Of a DNA stretch of 64,000 bases, positions 63,640 through 64,000 are shown in pieces (the first letter of the stretch is position 1; each line of letters begins with the position of its first letter). A program made the position numbers and the translations under genes. The notes below the pieces were generated by a model. The model was given only the letters and a program-made list of their open reading frames with translations. It was not told where the DNA came from and made no database searches. The stretch spans positions 238,082,001-238,146,000 of the forward strand of contig CM097885.1 of assembly GCA_044892525.1 (NCBI GenBank), given 5' to 3'. Source of the stretch: Schmidtea polychroa (Eukaryota).

Positions 63640-64000
63640 TCAGTTATGGTTGAAAGCCAACCTATGAATCATTAATTTATGATCTTTAAATTCTTTATCA
63701 CTTAGACCTTTTATATATTCAGAATCAGTATTAAAATATTTAAGTTCTAAACATATAGGATTAAAAACTTGAGAATATAAAGGCTTCTCGATTTCTCTCT
63801 CGGGATAAATAATTTCAACATTATAAATATCAAGATCGGTAATATTTGTATCATATAACTTATTCAACTTTTCTAGATTTTTTATTATCGGTATTAAATT
63901 ATTTCCAATAGGTAGAGTTGTCTTTAAATCACTTAGGATGAATCTTTTATCATCATAATTTGATAATGATACTTTTTGAGATTCTATCAAGTGAATATCA
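63640..64000 (-). CDS. Protein-primed family B DNA polymerase, C-terminal end (truncated by the window)
   Basis: KVSLSNYDDKRFIL...TLPIG is the conserved Polinton pPolB C-terminal motif. Confidence 0.88.
   Translation of the reverse strand, partial: DIHLIESQKVSLSNYDDKRFILSDLKTTLPIGNNLIPIIKNLEKLNKLYDTNITDLDIYNVEIIYPEREIEKPLYSQVFNPICLELKYFNTDSEYIKGLSDKEFKDHKLMIHRLAFNHN

Larger units (their letters stand above)
54460..64000. mobile_element. Polinton/Maverick (adintovirus-like) endogenous virus; left boundary uncertain, runs off the window end
   Basis: Intronless, tightly packed cluster of major capsid, RVE integrase, FtsK/A32 ATPase, adenain protease, penton and pPolB. Confidence 0.95.

Overview
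Very AT-rich, intron-containing animal genomic DNA. The short 48-55 nt introns, long (AAT)n/(TA)n tracts and transposon mix suggest a flatworm/planarian-like host (inference only). Two host genes lie on the minus strand. One is a Vein/neuregulin-type EGFR ligand (signal peptide, N-terminal domain, Ig, EGF); its EGF exons at 824-984 are missed by the ORF track and splice across a ~10.9 kb intron. The other is CCDC146 (38082-53240). Most of the remaining sequence is transposon debris: Penelope-like retroelements, hAT/Buster elements and MITEs, Tigger/pogo and piggyBac. From ~54.5 kb to the window end is a nearly intact endogenous Polinton/Maverick (adintovirus-like) virus. It encodes major capsid, a Zn-finger/PLA2/integrase fusion split by a +1 frameshift, packaging ATPase, a pX-like core protein, adenain protease (frameshifted), penton, a fibre-like protein, a membrane protein with YPxL and PSAP motifs, and the C-terminus of pPolB. 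Its left end carries a 72-nt tRNA-sized Pol III-like unit and an unusual LTR-like/inverted-repeat region.
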